Positions 9,946-19,403 of a stretch of DNA of 64,000 nt are shown piece after piece; the first letter of the stretch is position 1; each line of letters starts with the position of its first letter. The stretch spans positions 1,208 to 65,207 of the forward strand of contig CAWVRT010000009.1 of the NCBI GenBank assembly GCA_963932515.1, in the 5' to 3' direction. The notes beneath the pieces were generated by a model. The model was not told the origin of the DNA and did not search any database. It was given only the letters and a program-made list of their open reading frames with translations. Source of the DNA: an uncultured Chitinophagales bacterium (GTDB lineage: Bacteria; Bacteroidota; Bacteroidia; Chitinophagales; UBA8649). The translations under genes were made by a program, and so were the position numbers.

Positions 9946-10644
9946 TTATTTTTTAAGTGAATTAAAATAGTTCAAATAGTTTGGAATACAATCTCTCATC
10001 ATATTGTCCATACCTTCTGTAGTTAAAGTTGCTCCAGAAAGACCATCTACATCAGAAATTCCATTTGGAGATTTTCCTGCTTTATAAATTTTCAATAAAT
10101 AATCATTGTCTTTATTAAAAATTGTTTTCCCTTTAAACAAATCTTGAAACCATTTTTGCGTAATTACAGCTCCTAATCCTGGTGTTTCAGCAACGTGATC
10201 AAAAGCAACACCTTTCAATGTTTTAAAATCACTATTGAAAGCTGCAAAACCATTTACTTCATCCCAAAGTCCTAAACCTATTAATGGTAAGATATAATTT
10301 GTTGTACTGGCATCTTTATATATAAAAACTGGAAACTGTCTGTCGTCTGCTGCTTTTTTATATTCTTTTTTCAAGTTTAAATCATAACCGTTTACACCGT
10401 CAATAATTTCTCCTTTGTTGTTTACCGCTATCGCAGTAATCTTAGTTTTATAGTCTGCTAAAATATCTGTTCCAGCATATTCTACTGAATTTAAGATTTT
10501 AGATTTATTATCTAACTCTACATTTTTCTCAATAGTAGGTCTCAAGCCTTCAGAGAAGACTGCTAACATTCCACCTACTATTACTACCATAACGATTAAA
10601 AACCCTATAGTGTATCCGTTTGAATTTGTATTAATTTTAGACAT
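9946..10644 (-). CDS. nqrC: Na+-NQR subunit C
   Basis: GLGLWD, ETPGLG, and FMN-attachment motif DGLSGATLT. Confidence 0.95.
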   Translation of the reverse strand: MSKINTNSNGYTIGFLIVMVVIVGGMLAVFSEGLRPTIEKNVELDNKSKILNSVEYAGTDILADYKTKITAIAVNNKGEIIDGVNGYDLNLKKEYKKAADDRQFPVFIYKDASTTNYILPLIGLGLWDEVNGFAAFNSDFKTLKGVAFDHVAETPGLGAVITQKWFQDLFKGKTIFNKDNDYLLKIYKAGKSPNGISDVDGLSGATLTTEGMDNMMRDCIPNYLNYFNSLKK

Positions 10645-11869
10645 TTGCTATCCTCCTTTTTATATTTCCTTGTATTATGTAATAATCAATTAAAGCTGCA
10701 AAAATATTCATAAAGATAATTGCCAACATCCACCCTTCTGGGTATGCAGGGTTTGCAATTCTAATGATTAAACCAATTACACCTATCATAAAACCATATA
10801 TCCATTTACCTCTATTGGTAGAAGCTGCTGTAACAGGATCTGTAGCCATAAATGCCATAGAAAATAAGAAACCACCCATTATGTAATGAAAATAAAATGG
10901 GATAGCAATAAAGCCATTATCAGGAAAATAACCTGCAAAAACATTAAAGATAATTCCCATAAACGCTACACCAAAAACCATTGACAACATAATTCTATAA
11001 TCAGCAATTTTCATTTTGACTAACATTAAAGCACCTAAAATAATTCCTATTTTACTTACTTCACCAATAGAACCTGGCATAAAACCTAATACCATATTAG
11101 TAATAGAGTATTGTTGTTCTCCTGAAGGTAAAGTTGCTGCTTGAATTGCTTCCCAACCCCCACTAACAGCTAAACCAAGTGGTGTTGCTCCAGAAAAACC
11201 GTCTATTAAGGCTGTTCCCGCTTCAATATGTAAGAAATCTCCAAAATTCAACATAGTATGTAAAATATTATAATCCATAGCTACCCAACAAGAATCTCCT
11301 GAAATAGAACTTGGATAAGCAAAGAATACAAATACTCTTGCGACTAAGGCAACATTAAAAATATTCATCCCTGTACCACCAAAAGCTTCTTTAGCTATTA
11401 ATACTGCAAATGCAGTAGCTAAAGCAACCATATATAAAGGTACTGAAGGTGGCATAATTAATGGAATTAAAAATGCTGTAACCAAAAATCCCTCTTCAAT
11501 TCCATGACCTTTTTTAGCTGCAAATAAGAATTCTATTCCTAAACCTACTATATGAACTACTATAATTAAAGGTAAGATTTGTAATATTCCATAAATGAAT
11601 TTAGCCGCCATATTAGCATCTACTCCAATTGCATTATAATGTTGTAAGCCTATATTGTAAGACCCAAACATAAATGCTAATTGCATTGCTAAAACTACAT
11701 GAATCATAGTACGTTTCAAATCTATACTATCTTTTAGATGTGTTCCATTTTTAGTGACATGTCCAGTAGCAAAAAATAGTGTATCCATACCATCCCAAAG
11801 GGTGTACGAGAGAGGACTTTTCTGTTTGTCTGGCTTGACTTTGTCCATAAAATTTCTTAGAAATTTCAT
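10637..11869 (-). CDS. nqrB: Na+-NQR subunit B
   Basis: DLKRTM, KEAFGGTGMNIFN, FMN site DGFSGATPL, FMATDPV, NPAYPEG. Confidence 0.96.
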   Translation of the reverse strand: MKFLRNFMDKVKPDKQKSPLSYTLWDGMDTLFFATGHVTKNGTHLKDSIDLKRTMIHVVLAMQLAFMFGSYNIGLQHYNAIGVDANMAAKFIYGILQILPLIIVVHIVGLGIEFLFAAKKGHGIEEGFLVTAFLIPLIMPPSVPLYMVALATAFAVLIAKEAFGGTGMNIFNVALVARVFVFFAYPSSISGDSCWVAMDYNILHTMLNFGDFLHIEAGTALIDGFSGATPLGLAVSGGWEAIQAATLPSGEQQYSITNMVLGFMPGSIGEVSKIGIILGALMLVKMKIADYRIMLSMVFGVAFMGIIFNVFAGYFPDNGFIAIPFYFHYIMGGFLFSMAFMATDPVTAASTNRGKWIYGFMIGVIGLIIRIANPAYPEGWMLAIIFMNIFAALIDYYIIQGNIKRRIANV

Positions 11870-11968
11870 ACGTTTTAGTTTTTTTTAGTTTTTTATTAGC
11901 TAATAGCTGTTGGCTTAGCAACGTGCTTTATTCTATATTCTTATAGTAATGCTAAATAGCATAAATTC

Positions 11969-13465
11969 TTATCCTTGAGAAGCTATATAATCTAATCCTT
12001 CTCTTAAAATTTGTTGAACGGGTTGTTTAGATGTACATACAAATTCACATAATGCAACATCTTCTTCTAATAATTCATAAATTCCTAATCCTTCCATTTG
12101 TTCAAAATCGTTTACTAAAATAGATTTCATTAAGTGAACTGGGAAAATATCCATAGGTAATACTTGCTCGTACTGACCAGTAACTACAAAAGCTCTTTTT
12201 TCACCGTGCATGTTTGTATTTGCATCAAATGAAATAGATTTGTTACCCACCCATGGAAAAGTAGGAGAAATAGAAGGTCTCAAGTATTGAGGTACTAACC
12301 ATCCAAAAAGTTCTTCTTTATTTCCTTCTTTCAATACAGTTACTAAATTATCGTAAGAACCAATAAATCCATCATTAGCAACTTGTGTTCCTGTTAGTAC
12401 GTTTCCTGAAATAATTCTATTTTCATCAGATAAATTACCTACTAAACTTTCTAAAGAAGCTCCCTTTCTAGTTTTTACGTAAAATGTTTTATCTAAAGGT
12501 GTTCCTGCAAAAGCAATAACTTCTTGTGGGTCGTAAATACCTTTATTAAATAATCTACCAATAGTAACAACATCTATAGGTCTAATTGTCCAAACAATTT
12601 CACCGGCTTTAATAGCATCAATATGGTGAATTTGAATTCCTACTTTACCTGCAGGATCTTGTCCTTCAAAATAATTTACTTGAACGTTTTTAGCTTCTGT
12701 AAATACTTTACTAGAAGTTGTTTTAACGTTTAAGTGGACTTTTTTTGTTAATTTAGAAATTACATCTAAACCAGTTTGAAAATCTGTACTGGAGAAATTT
12801 TCTAATATAAAATCATTATCGGCTGCTAAAGGTGCCGTATCGAAAGCTGAAATAAAAATAGCTCTTGGATCTTGTGTTGGTAATGCTGGATAACCAAATG
12901 GTCTAGCAGTGAAAGCGGTAAAAGCCCCACTTTCTACTAAGTTTGTGATAATGTCTTCTTTTGAAGCATTTTTATCTGCATTGAATTTTTTAAATACGGT
13001 TTTAGTATCGGCTTCTATAATTACATCTGTAATTTTTCTTTTTTCTCCTCTTCTAATTTCTTTTATAGATCCACTTACTGGAGCTGTAATAAAAATTCCT
13101 TCCATTTTTCTATCGAAAAATAATTTATCTCCAGCTTTAACAGTTTCTCCTTCCTTTACCATCATTTTTGGTATTGGTTGAAATCCTCTGAAATCTGTAG
13201 GTTTAACGGCAAATGTGCTTGGCGAAAACTCATGATTAATAACTTTATTTGAAACTCCTTGTAGGTTCATGTCAAACCCTTGCGAAAAAGTAATAACTTT
13301 TTTTCCATTAATTATTTTCAATCTTCCTGACGCAGGAGACTCTGCTCCGGGGTTATCAGTAAGGATTTTTTTGATTGTTGCTTGCGCAAAAAACCATATA
13401 ATTAGAGCTAATAGTAATAATGCAAAAACAATGTTTGCTACTGAAGTAATTGTTAGTAATACCAT
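11969..13465 (-). CDS. nqrA: Na+-NQR subunit A with an N-terminal hydrophobic extension
   Basis: VKAGDKLF, APVSG, RIISGNVLTG, LGIYELLEEDVALCEFVCTSK. First gene of the operon. Confidence 0.95.
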   Translation of the reverse strand: MVLLTITSVANIVFALLLLALIIWFFAQATIKKILTDNPGAESPASGRLKIINGKKVITFSQGFDMNLQGVSNKVINHEFSPSTFAVKPTDFRGFQPIPKMMVKEGETVKAGDKLFFDRKMEGIFITAPVSGSIKEIRRGEKRKITDVIIEADTKTVFKKFNADKNASKEDIITNLVESGAFTAFTARPFGYPALPTQDPRAIFISAFDTAPLAADNDFILENFSSTDFQTGLDVISKLTKKVHLNVKTTSSKVFTEAKNVQVNYFEGQDPAGKVGIQIHHIDAIKAGEIVWTIRPIDVVTIGRLFNKGIYDPQEVIAFAGTPLDKTFYVKTRKGASLESLVGNLSDENRIISGNVLTGTQVANDGFIGSYDNLVTVLKEGNKEELFGWLVPQYLRPSISPTFPWVGNKSISFDANTNMHGEKRAFVVTGQYEQVLPMDIFPVHLMKSILVNDFEQMEGLGIYELLEEDVALCEFVCTSKQPVQQILREGLDYIASQG

Positions 13466-13495
13466 TTAATAAATGTGTTTATTTAAAAATCTACG

Positions 13496-13503
13496 CAAAG
13501 GTA
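13496..13503 (-). promoter_or_regulatory. Bacteroidota primary-sigma -7 element (TACCTTTG) of the nqr operon
   Basis: CAAAGGTA on the + strand matches the TAnnTTTG consensus on the - strand, about 30 nt upstream of the nqrA ATG. Confidence 0.65.
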
Positions 13504-13610
13504 AAACAAAGTTTTTTTAAAACAACTAAGTTTTTTTATTTTTTTAAGACTTTTTATAATGTATGTGAATAAGAATCATTTAAATATCATAGTATATATT
13601 TCCGAATATT

Positions 13611-14027
13611 TTAGGAATTAATAACTGCAAGGGTTAATCTGCAAATACAAACCATTTTTGTTTCTTCATTCGTAATTTCGATAGACCAAACATGTGTTTT
13701 CCCACCAATATGAATTGGCATAGCTTTGGCAAAAACAAATCCTTCTCGTACTCCTCTTAAATGGTTTGCGTTTATATCTAAACCTACTACATAACTATTC
13801 TCTCTAGCCAAACACAAATATCCCGCTACGCTACCTACTGTTTCTGCTAAAAATACGGAAGCTCCACCATGTAGCAAACCCATCGGTTGTTTCGTATTTT
13901 TATTTACTGGCATTTTACAGATTAGATACTCAGCTCCTTTTTCAATGAAATCTATTTCGAAAATATTATTATTCAAATCATTTGTTTGATTTAAGTCTTG
14001 TAGTGTAAATTCTTTTTTCCAAATCAT
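13611..14027 (-). CDS. Hotdog-fold thioesterase (PaaI/YdiI-MenI-like, possible DHNA-CoA hydrolase)
   Basis: QPMGLLHGGAS..LAET.GS, VGLDINANHLR, HIGGKTHVW. Confidence 0.88.
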   Translation of the reverse strand: MIWKKEFTLQDLNQTNDLNNNIFEIDFIEKGAEYLICKMPVNKNTKQPMGLLHGGASVFLAETVGSVAGYLCLARENSYVVGLDINANHLRGVREGFVFAKAMPIHIGGKTHVWSIEITNEETKMVCICRLTLAVINS

Positions 14028-14233
14028 AATACAAAAGTATAAAAAGTTTATTCCTAATTTAAATATTTAATATAGTAAACTACTTTAAATAAATTTTCAC
14101 TTCCTATTTTACTATATTCAGCTAATCTATAGATATACAAAATAGAAAGGATAAAATTCTGTTTAACATATTTTTAACAAGGTTTAATTTACAAATCATC
14201 AATAATTAACTAAAAAGAAATATTTTTACACTC

Positions 14234-14839
14234 ATGTTTAAATTTACAAAAGAAATACTAGCAAACGCTATAACTTATTCTGAATTTACTGATTTGACAA
14301 AGTCTATTTTAGAAAGTGACCATAAAGAAAGTCCCTACGATAAAGAAGCTTACCTTAATTATACTAATGTTAACTATAATCGCTCTGAAAAGATTTTAAG
14401 AAATTTTCAGTTAGATAAAAAACTATACAATTTATTGAGTGACAAGGCACAAGACTGGACTTGGGTTTTATTGAATGAACCATGGTGTGGTGATGGCTCT
14501 TTTATCCAACCGGTACTATACGCTATGAGCTTAGCTGGTGGAGGTTCTATAGATTTTAAAATACTTTTAAGAGATGAAAATTCAGAAATTATGAAACATT
14601 TTTTAACAAATGATGGTATGGCCATTCCAAAATTAGTTTGTTTAGATAAAGACTTAAACATAATGCTAACCTGGGGACCAAGACCTCTAGAGTTACAAGA
14701 GTTATTTAATGAATGGAAAAAGGCTGCGGATTTTGATTTGAACACCAAAATTAAAAAAGTAAATAGATGGTATTTAAAAGATAAAAATCAGCATATTCAG
14801 AAAGAATTTATACATTTGATCAAAAATTTGAACCAATAA
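14234..14839 (+). CDS. Thioredoxin-family protein (Thioredoxin_9-like)
   Basis: EPWCGD, LRDEN, AIPKLV and WGPRP motifs. Confidence 0.85.
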   Translation: MFKFTKEILANAITYSEFTDLTKSILESDHKESPYDKEAYLNYTNVNYNRSEKILRNFQLDKKLYNLLSDKAQDWTWVLLNEPWCGDGSFIQPVLYAMSLAGGGSIDFKILLRDENSEIMKHFLTNDGMAIPKLVCLDKDLNIMLTWGPRPLELQELFNEWKKAADFDLNTKIKKVNRWYLKDKNQHIQKEFIHLIKNLNQ

Positions 14840-14844
14840 AAAAA

Positions 14845-15213
14845 ATGCTAGATAATAAAGTAAAAAAAACATCCGAAATAAAGATAAAAGTTGGATTGAA
14901 TGAACAGAATATTCCTGTAGACATTAAATGGAAAGCTTCTGATTCTGAACATGAAAGATTAAATGATTGTAAATCTATCAATTTGTCTATTTGGGACCCT
15001 GTAGAAAAGAATTCTTTGGGAATTAATTTATGGACAACTGATTTAATGGTAGACGAAATGCATAGTCATTTTTTCAGAACCTTACTGAACCTTACTGATA
15101 GTTATGTGAGAGCTACAAAAAACCCCTATGCCAAAGATTTAGTGCAAAACTTATGTACTGACTTAGCAAAGAAAACTTCTGATTGGGAAGAAGGAAAAGA
15201 AAAGGAACAATAG
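14845..15213 (+). CDS. gldC: Gliding motility protein GldC
   Basis: SEIKIKVGLNEQNIPVDIKWKASD, LSIWD, INLWT.D..VDEM, RAT pattern. Confidence 0.85.
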   Translation: MLDNKVKKTSEIKIKVGLNEQNIPVDIKWKASDSEHERLNDCKSINLSIWDPVEKNSLGINLWTTDLMVDEMHSHFFRTLLNLTDSYVRATKNPYAKDLVQNLCTDLAKKTSDWEEGKEKEQ

Positions 15214-15236
15214 TATTTAAAATATAAATTATTAAG

Positions 15237-16742
15237 ATGAAAAAATCTATTCTAATATTATTATCAGTAATGATAACCATGATTTCTTGTGGACAAAAAA
15301 GCATTAAGAAAAAGGTGAAACAAAAACCAGGTCACACCATTGAGTTTGACATAGCAGGTATGCCTAATGCAAAATTGTTAGTCGCTTACCATTATTCTGG
15401 CAAACATTATATTTCTGATACTATAATGCTTAATGAAAAAGGATATGGCGTTTTAAAAGGGGAAGAACATAAACCTAAAGGTGTCTATTTAGCCGTTTTC
15501 CCTAGTTTAAACAATAAATATTTTGAATTTTTAATTAGTGACCAACATTTTAAAATTAGCACAAGTAAAGAAGAGTTAGGTAAAAAAATGGGTTTTACAA
15601 ATTCTCCAGAAAATGATATTTTTAATTCAGACATGCTAGAAATGGCTGAATTAAGAACACAGTCTGCAGAATTAAAAAATGAATTGGATACTGCAAAGGA
15701 AAAACAGAAAGCAGTATTAAAAGATCAAATGGAAGCGTTAAATAAGACTTATTTAGCTAAAAGAGAAAAAATAATGACTGATTATCCTGATTTTTTTTAT
15801 ACTGATCTATTAGGATTAATGAAGGAAGTTACTATTCCAGAGGCTCCAAAAAATGAAGCGGGAGAATTGATAGATTCTTCTTTTGGTTGGAAATATTGGA
15901 AACAACACTATTGGGATTATACAGATTTTAGCGAAGAAGGAATTTTAAGAACGCCTATTTATCATAACAAACTAATGAACTTCATGTCTAAAAGAACAGA
16001 GCCAATTCAAGATTCTGTTATTCGTTCGTGCCATTTAGTTTTAGATAAAGCCCTAGCAAATGAAGAGGTTTTTAAATATTCTTTGGTGACTTTATTAAAT
16101 AAATATGCTAACTCTAAAATAATGGGTGATGATGCTGTCTATGTAGATTTAATAGATAGTTATTATAAAAAAGGACTTGCTTCTTGGACTGATTCTACGC
16201 AACTAGCTAAAATGATAGAAAGAGCAGATGCATTAGCACCACTATTAATTGGTAAAACTTCTCCAGATTTAACGATGAGACATACCGATTTAACAACACA
16301 AATTAGACTACATGATTTACCTGCAGACTATACAATAGTTTTTGTTTGGGACCCTGATTGTGGCCATTGTAAAAAGGCTATTCCTCACATAAAAAGGTTT
16401 TATGACACCTATGGAAAAGACAAAGATATTATGGTATATGCTATATCTACTGTGAATTATGAGCAAGTAGGTGAATGGAAGGATTTTATTAAAGAACACG
16501 ATTTGACATGGGCAAATGTTGCAGATCCTTATCATGAAACGCCTTTTAGAAAAGTTTACGATATTTCTAGTACACCACAAGTGTATGTTTTAGATAATGA
16601 TAAAAAAATTATAGCTAAACGTATTGGTGCGGAACAATTGGAAGAATTCTTCTTTAATTATTTTAAAAGATTCGATAAAGAAAAATTTAAAGGAATGGAA
16701 GGTTTAACTTTTGAAGCTGCAGTGGATAGCACGAAACATTAA
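15237..16742 (+). CDS. TlpA/redoxin-domain lipoprotein (DUF5106-like middle domain)
   Basis: Lipobox ISC, HYWD...LRTP segment, C-terminal WDPDCGHCKK and TPQVYVLD..KKIIAKR. Confidence 0.82.
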   Translation: MKKSILILLSVMITMISCGQKSIKKKVKQKPGHTIEFDIAGMPNAKLLVAYHYSGKHYISDTIMLNEKGYGVLKGEEHKPKGVYLAVFPSLNNKYFEFLISDQHFKISTSKEELGKKMGFTNSPENDIFNSDMLEMAELRTQSAELKNELDTAKEKQKAVLKDQMEALNKTYLAKREKIMTDYPDFFYTDLLGLMKEVTIPEAPKNEAGELIDSSFGWKYWKQHYWDYTDFSEEGILRTPIYHNKLMNFMSKRTEPIQDSVIRSCHLVLDKALANEEVFKYSLVTLLNKYANSKIMGDDAVYVDLIDSYYKKGLASWTDSTQLAKMIERADALAPLLIGKTSPDLTMRHTDLTTQIRLHDLPADYTIVFVWDPDCGHCKKAIPHIKRFYDTYGKDKDIMVYAISTVNYEQVGEWKDFIKEHDLTWANVADPYHETPFRKVYDISSTPQVYVLDNDKKIIAKRIGAEQLEEFFFNYFKRFDKEKFKGMEGLTFEAAVDSTKH

Positions 16743-16779
16743 AATCAAGTACTCATTTTTATAGCTAATAAAAAAAATA

Positions 16780-17250
16780 CTATAAATCTGCAGCTACTTC
16801 TTTTGGTAAAAACTTATCTGCATCACCATCATTTTTAAGAATTTCTCTAACTATTGAAGATGATACAAAACTTAATTCTGGTCTTGAAAGAATTAAAATG
16901 GTTTCAATCTCATCTACCATACTACTATTTGCATGAGCAATTGTTTTTTCATATTCAAAATCTGCAGAAGTCCTGATTCCTCTCAAAATATAATTAGCAT
17001 TTTTAGCTTTACAGAAATTTACCGTCAAACCGGTATAATCCGCAATACGAACTTTAGCTTCACCTTTAAAAACATTTTTCAACCAAGTAGCTCTTTGTTC
17101 TAATGAATACAAGTAGTTTTTTTGTGAATGTATTCCTATAGCAATAATGATTTCATCAAATAAAGGCAAAGCTCTTTTAACTATATCTAAATGCCCAATT
17201 GTTATAGGGTCAAATGAACCAGGAAAAACAGCAATTCTTTTAATACTCAT
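16780..17250 (-). CDS. coaD: Pantetheine-phosphate adenylyltransferase
   Basis: FPGSFDPITIGHLDI, ILRGIR...DFEYE, VSSSIVRE. Confidence 0.97.
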   Translation of the reverse strand: MSIKRIAVFPGSFDPITIGHLDIVKRALPLFDEIIIAIGIHSQKNYLYSLEQRATWLKNVFKGEAKVRIADYTGLTVNFCKAKNANYILRGIRTSADFEYEKTIAHANSSMVDEIETILILSRPELSFVSSSIVREILKNDGDADKFLPKEVAADL

Positions 17251-17262
17251 CTTTTATACATT

Positions 17263-17799
17263 TTATACATTTACGAATATACTAAAAATTGTTTGCCCGT
17301 AATTTCTCTTTTTCCAAAAATTCTTATGTTTATCAAAATTATGTTGAGGATTATGCTCTAAAATAAACCAGCCTTTTCCGTCTGCTAATCCATTTTCGAA
17401 AACAACATCTGGAATAGTATCTAAATTTGGTAAAGGATAAGGAGGACCAGCAAATATTAAATCGTACTTTTTATCGGCAATTTTCATGTACTTAAAAACA
17501 TCCATCTGTATTGTTTTCATTCCTTCTATTTGAAGTCTCTCAATGGTCTTATTCATAAAACTAATACAAGGTGCAAATTTATCTACTGTTGTAATATCTA
17601 TACAGCCTCTAGAAGCAAATTCATAACTCATTTGCCCTGTTCCACCAAACAAATCTAAGAAGCTTACATTGTCGAAATTATAATAATTATCTATCATGTT
17701 AAACAATGCTTCTTTGGCAATATTTGTAGTAGGTCTCGTTGGTGAAAAAGTTGGCGTTTTTAAATTAATTCCGCCATATTTCCCTGAAATGATTCTCAT
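17263..17799 (-). CDS. rsmD: RsmD family 16S rRNA m2G966 methyltransferase
   Basis: MRIISG, RPTT..AKEALFN, LDLFGGTG, FAGPPY. Confidence 0.92.
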   Translation of the reverse strand: MRIISGKYGGINLKTPTFSPTRPTTNIAKEALFNMIDNYYNFDNVSFLDLFGGTGQMSYEFASRGCIDITTVDKFAPCISFMNKTIERLQIEGMKTIQMDVFKYMKIADKKYDLIFAGPPYPLPNLDTIPDVVFENGLADGKGWFILEHNPQHNFDKHKNFWKKRNYGQTIFSIFVNV

Positions 17800-17835
17800 T
17801 CTTAATATTTTTTTTAAATTATTTCCTGTTATCGC

Positions 17836-18684
17836 TTATAACAAAGCAACAAAATGATGGGCAAATTTATGTGATGGTATTTCTTTAACTCTATCAGCAT
17901 AATTCAATTTTAAAGGTCTTTTTAAGAACTCTATTTCCTTGATATACATATACAATAATTCATATTTTTCATCATTCTTAGAGATTTCACCAGACAAATG
18001 AAGCGGCATTTTTTCTGTATTTAAACCTAATTGGCTATATACATTCAAAACATTATAAATGACATCTTCAGAATTATCAATTTTAAAAGAGTTACTATAT
18101 TCTAATTTCCCTTCACTAAAATAAATACAATGAATTTTATTTTTACTTAAATGCACTTGTATAAACTTTCCTTTTGGCGCAAAATTATACGCATAGTCTA
18201 AAAGGACAGCAATAGTAGATTTTTTTCGTACGTCTACAAAAGTATTAGCAATTACTTTGCTGAAATTAAGATTACTTATATATACATTGTAATAATCTAT
18301 ATTAGAAATTTTATCTGATAAAAACACTAAATCTGTTTGAGGTAAACTTAAATTAAAAGATAAGATTTCCTTCATTTTATTTTCATCAAAAAAAGGAGAA
18401 GGAACTAAAGTATTGTAGAAATTATTTAACAAAACAATTACTTTGTTAAATGAAAATTTGAAAACTTCTTCTTGTTTGAAAATTTCTTGTAGTTGATTTT
18501 TACTATTTTGAAAAAAATCAATGAAAGTTTTTGACGAACTAGAAAATAGCACTTCATTGCTAAGGTTATTCAAAATAGAATAAGAAAAGCCTTCCTCAGA
18601 AAATTCTATAAGTAAAGTGCAATCTCTGCTATTTACTTGTAGAAATTCTGCGTTTAAATAGTTATTCCCAGCTTCCTTTTCCAC
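17836..18684 (-). CDS. DUF3822 family protein
   Basis: Usual Bacteroidota position upstream of rsmD; TLVP..FFD and NSF....EDVIY pattern. Confidence 0.75.
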   Translation of the reverse strand: MEKEAGNNYLNAEFLQVNSRDCTLLIEFSEEGFSYSILNNLSNEVLFSSSSKTFIDFFQNSKNQLQEIFKQEEVFKFSFNKVIVLLNNFYNTLVPSPFFDENKMKEILSFNLSLPQTDLVFLSDKISNIDYYNVYISNLNFSKVIANTFVDVRKKSTIAVLLDYAYNFAPKGKFIQVHLSKNKIHCIYFSEGKLEYSNSFKIDNSEDVIYNVLNVYSQLGLNTEKMPLHLSGEISKNDEKYELLYMYIKEIEFLKRPLKLNYADRVKEIPSHKFAHHFVALL

Positions 18685-19246
18685 TAGCGCTAGTCAATGA
18701 ACCTATACTTAAATCTTCAATTGCAGGGTTCTTAATAAAAGTTTTATCTAAACCATCTAAATAATCTTCTTTTGTTGCCTTAGCTTCAAATACGGCTAAT
18801 TGCACTCTTTGGATTTTGATAGTATCCATGGCTAAAGTAAATGTTTTACTTTCCGTTAAAGGAACATATCTTAATTGGCTTACATCTTTCGTGCCCTTAA
18901 ATCTTTCCTTAGTCGTTATTTCATCTATAATAGGAACCAGAATAGTATCATAAGTTACTATAATAGTCGTATCATCAGGATCACCAATTGTTTTAATAAT
19001 AGTTAATTTTTCATTTTTAATCGTATTAATTAAATCATCAAAATTATCAGCATAAGTATTATTTCTTTCTCTATAATATTCTTGTGCTACTTTAATATCT
19101 AATAATCTATTTTTTGTTGCTTTACTTCTAAGTTCTAAGGCTACTTTGAACTGAACTGGATCATTTACAACCGTATATAATTTGTACACCAAAGCTAACA
19201 CGACAAGCCATAAGAATACGGTTAATCCTTTTTTTACTGATTTCAT
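18662..19246 (-). CDS. Conserved hypothetical membrane-anchored protein
   Basis: N-terminal TM segment, RL.DIK.AQ..Y, C-terminal IGSL....G.WE. Co-oriented with DUF3822-rsmD-coaD. Confidence 0.75.
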   Translation of the reverse strand: MKSVKKGLTVFLWLVVLALVYKLYTVVNDPVQFKVALELRSKATKNRLLDIKVAQEYYRERNNTYADNFDDLINTIKNEKLTIIKTIGDPDDTTIIVTYDTILVPIIDEITTKERFKGTKDVSQLRYVPLTESKTFTLAMDTIKIQRVQLAVFEAKATKEDYLDGLDKTFIKNPAIEDLSIGSLTSASGKGSWE

Positions 19247-19403
19247 AAATCTTCTTTTTTACTTTAATGAGGTTTATTAGAGTGCAAAATAAAAATATTT
19301 TTGCTATTATAAAATTTTATTGACTCCTTTTTATGTAAAAATATTTTTTCTCTATTTATTAAATGTATTCGATAACAAAAAATGTACCTTTGTAAATATT
19401 AAA

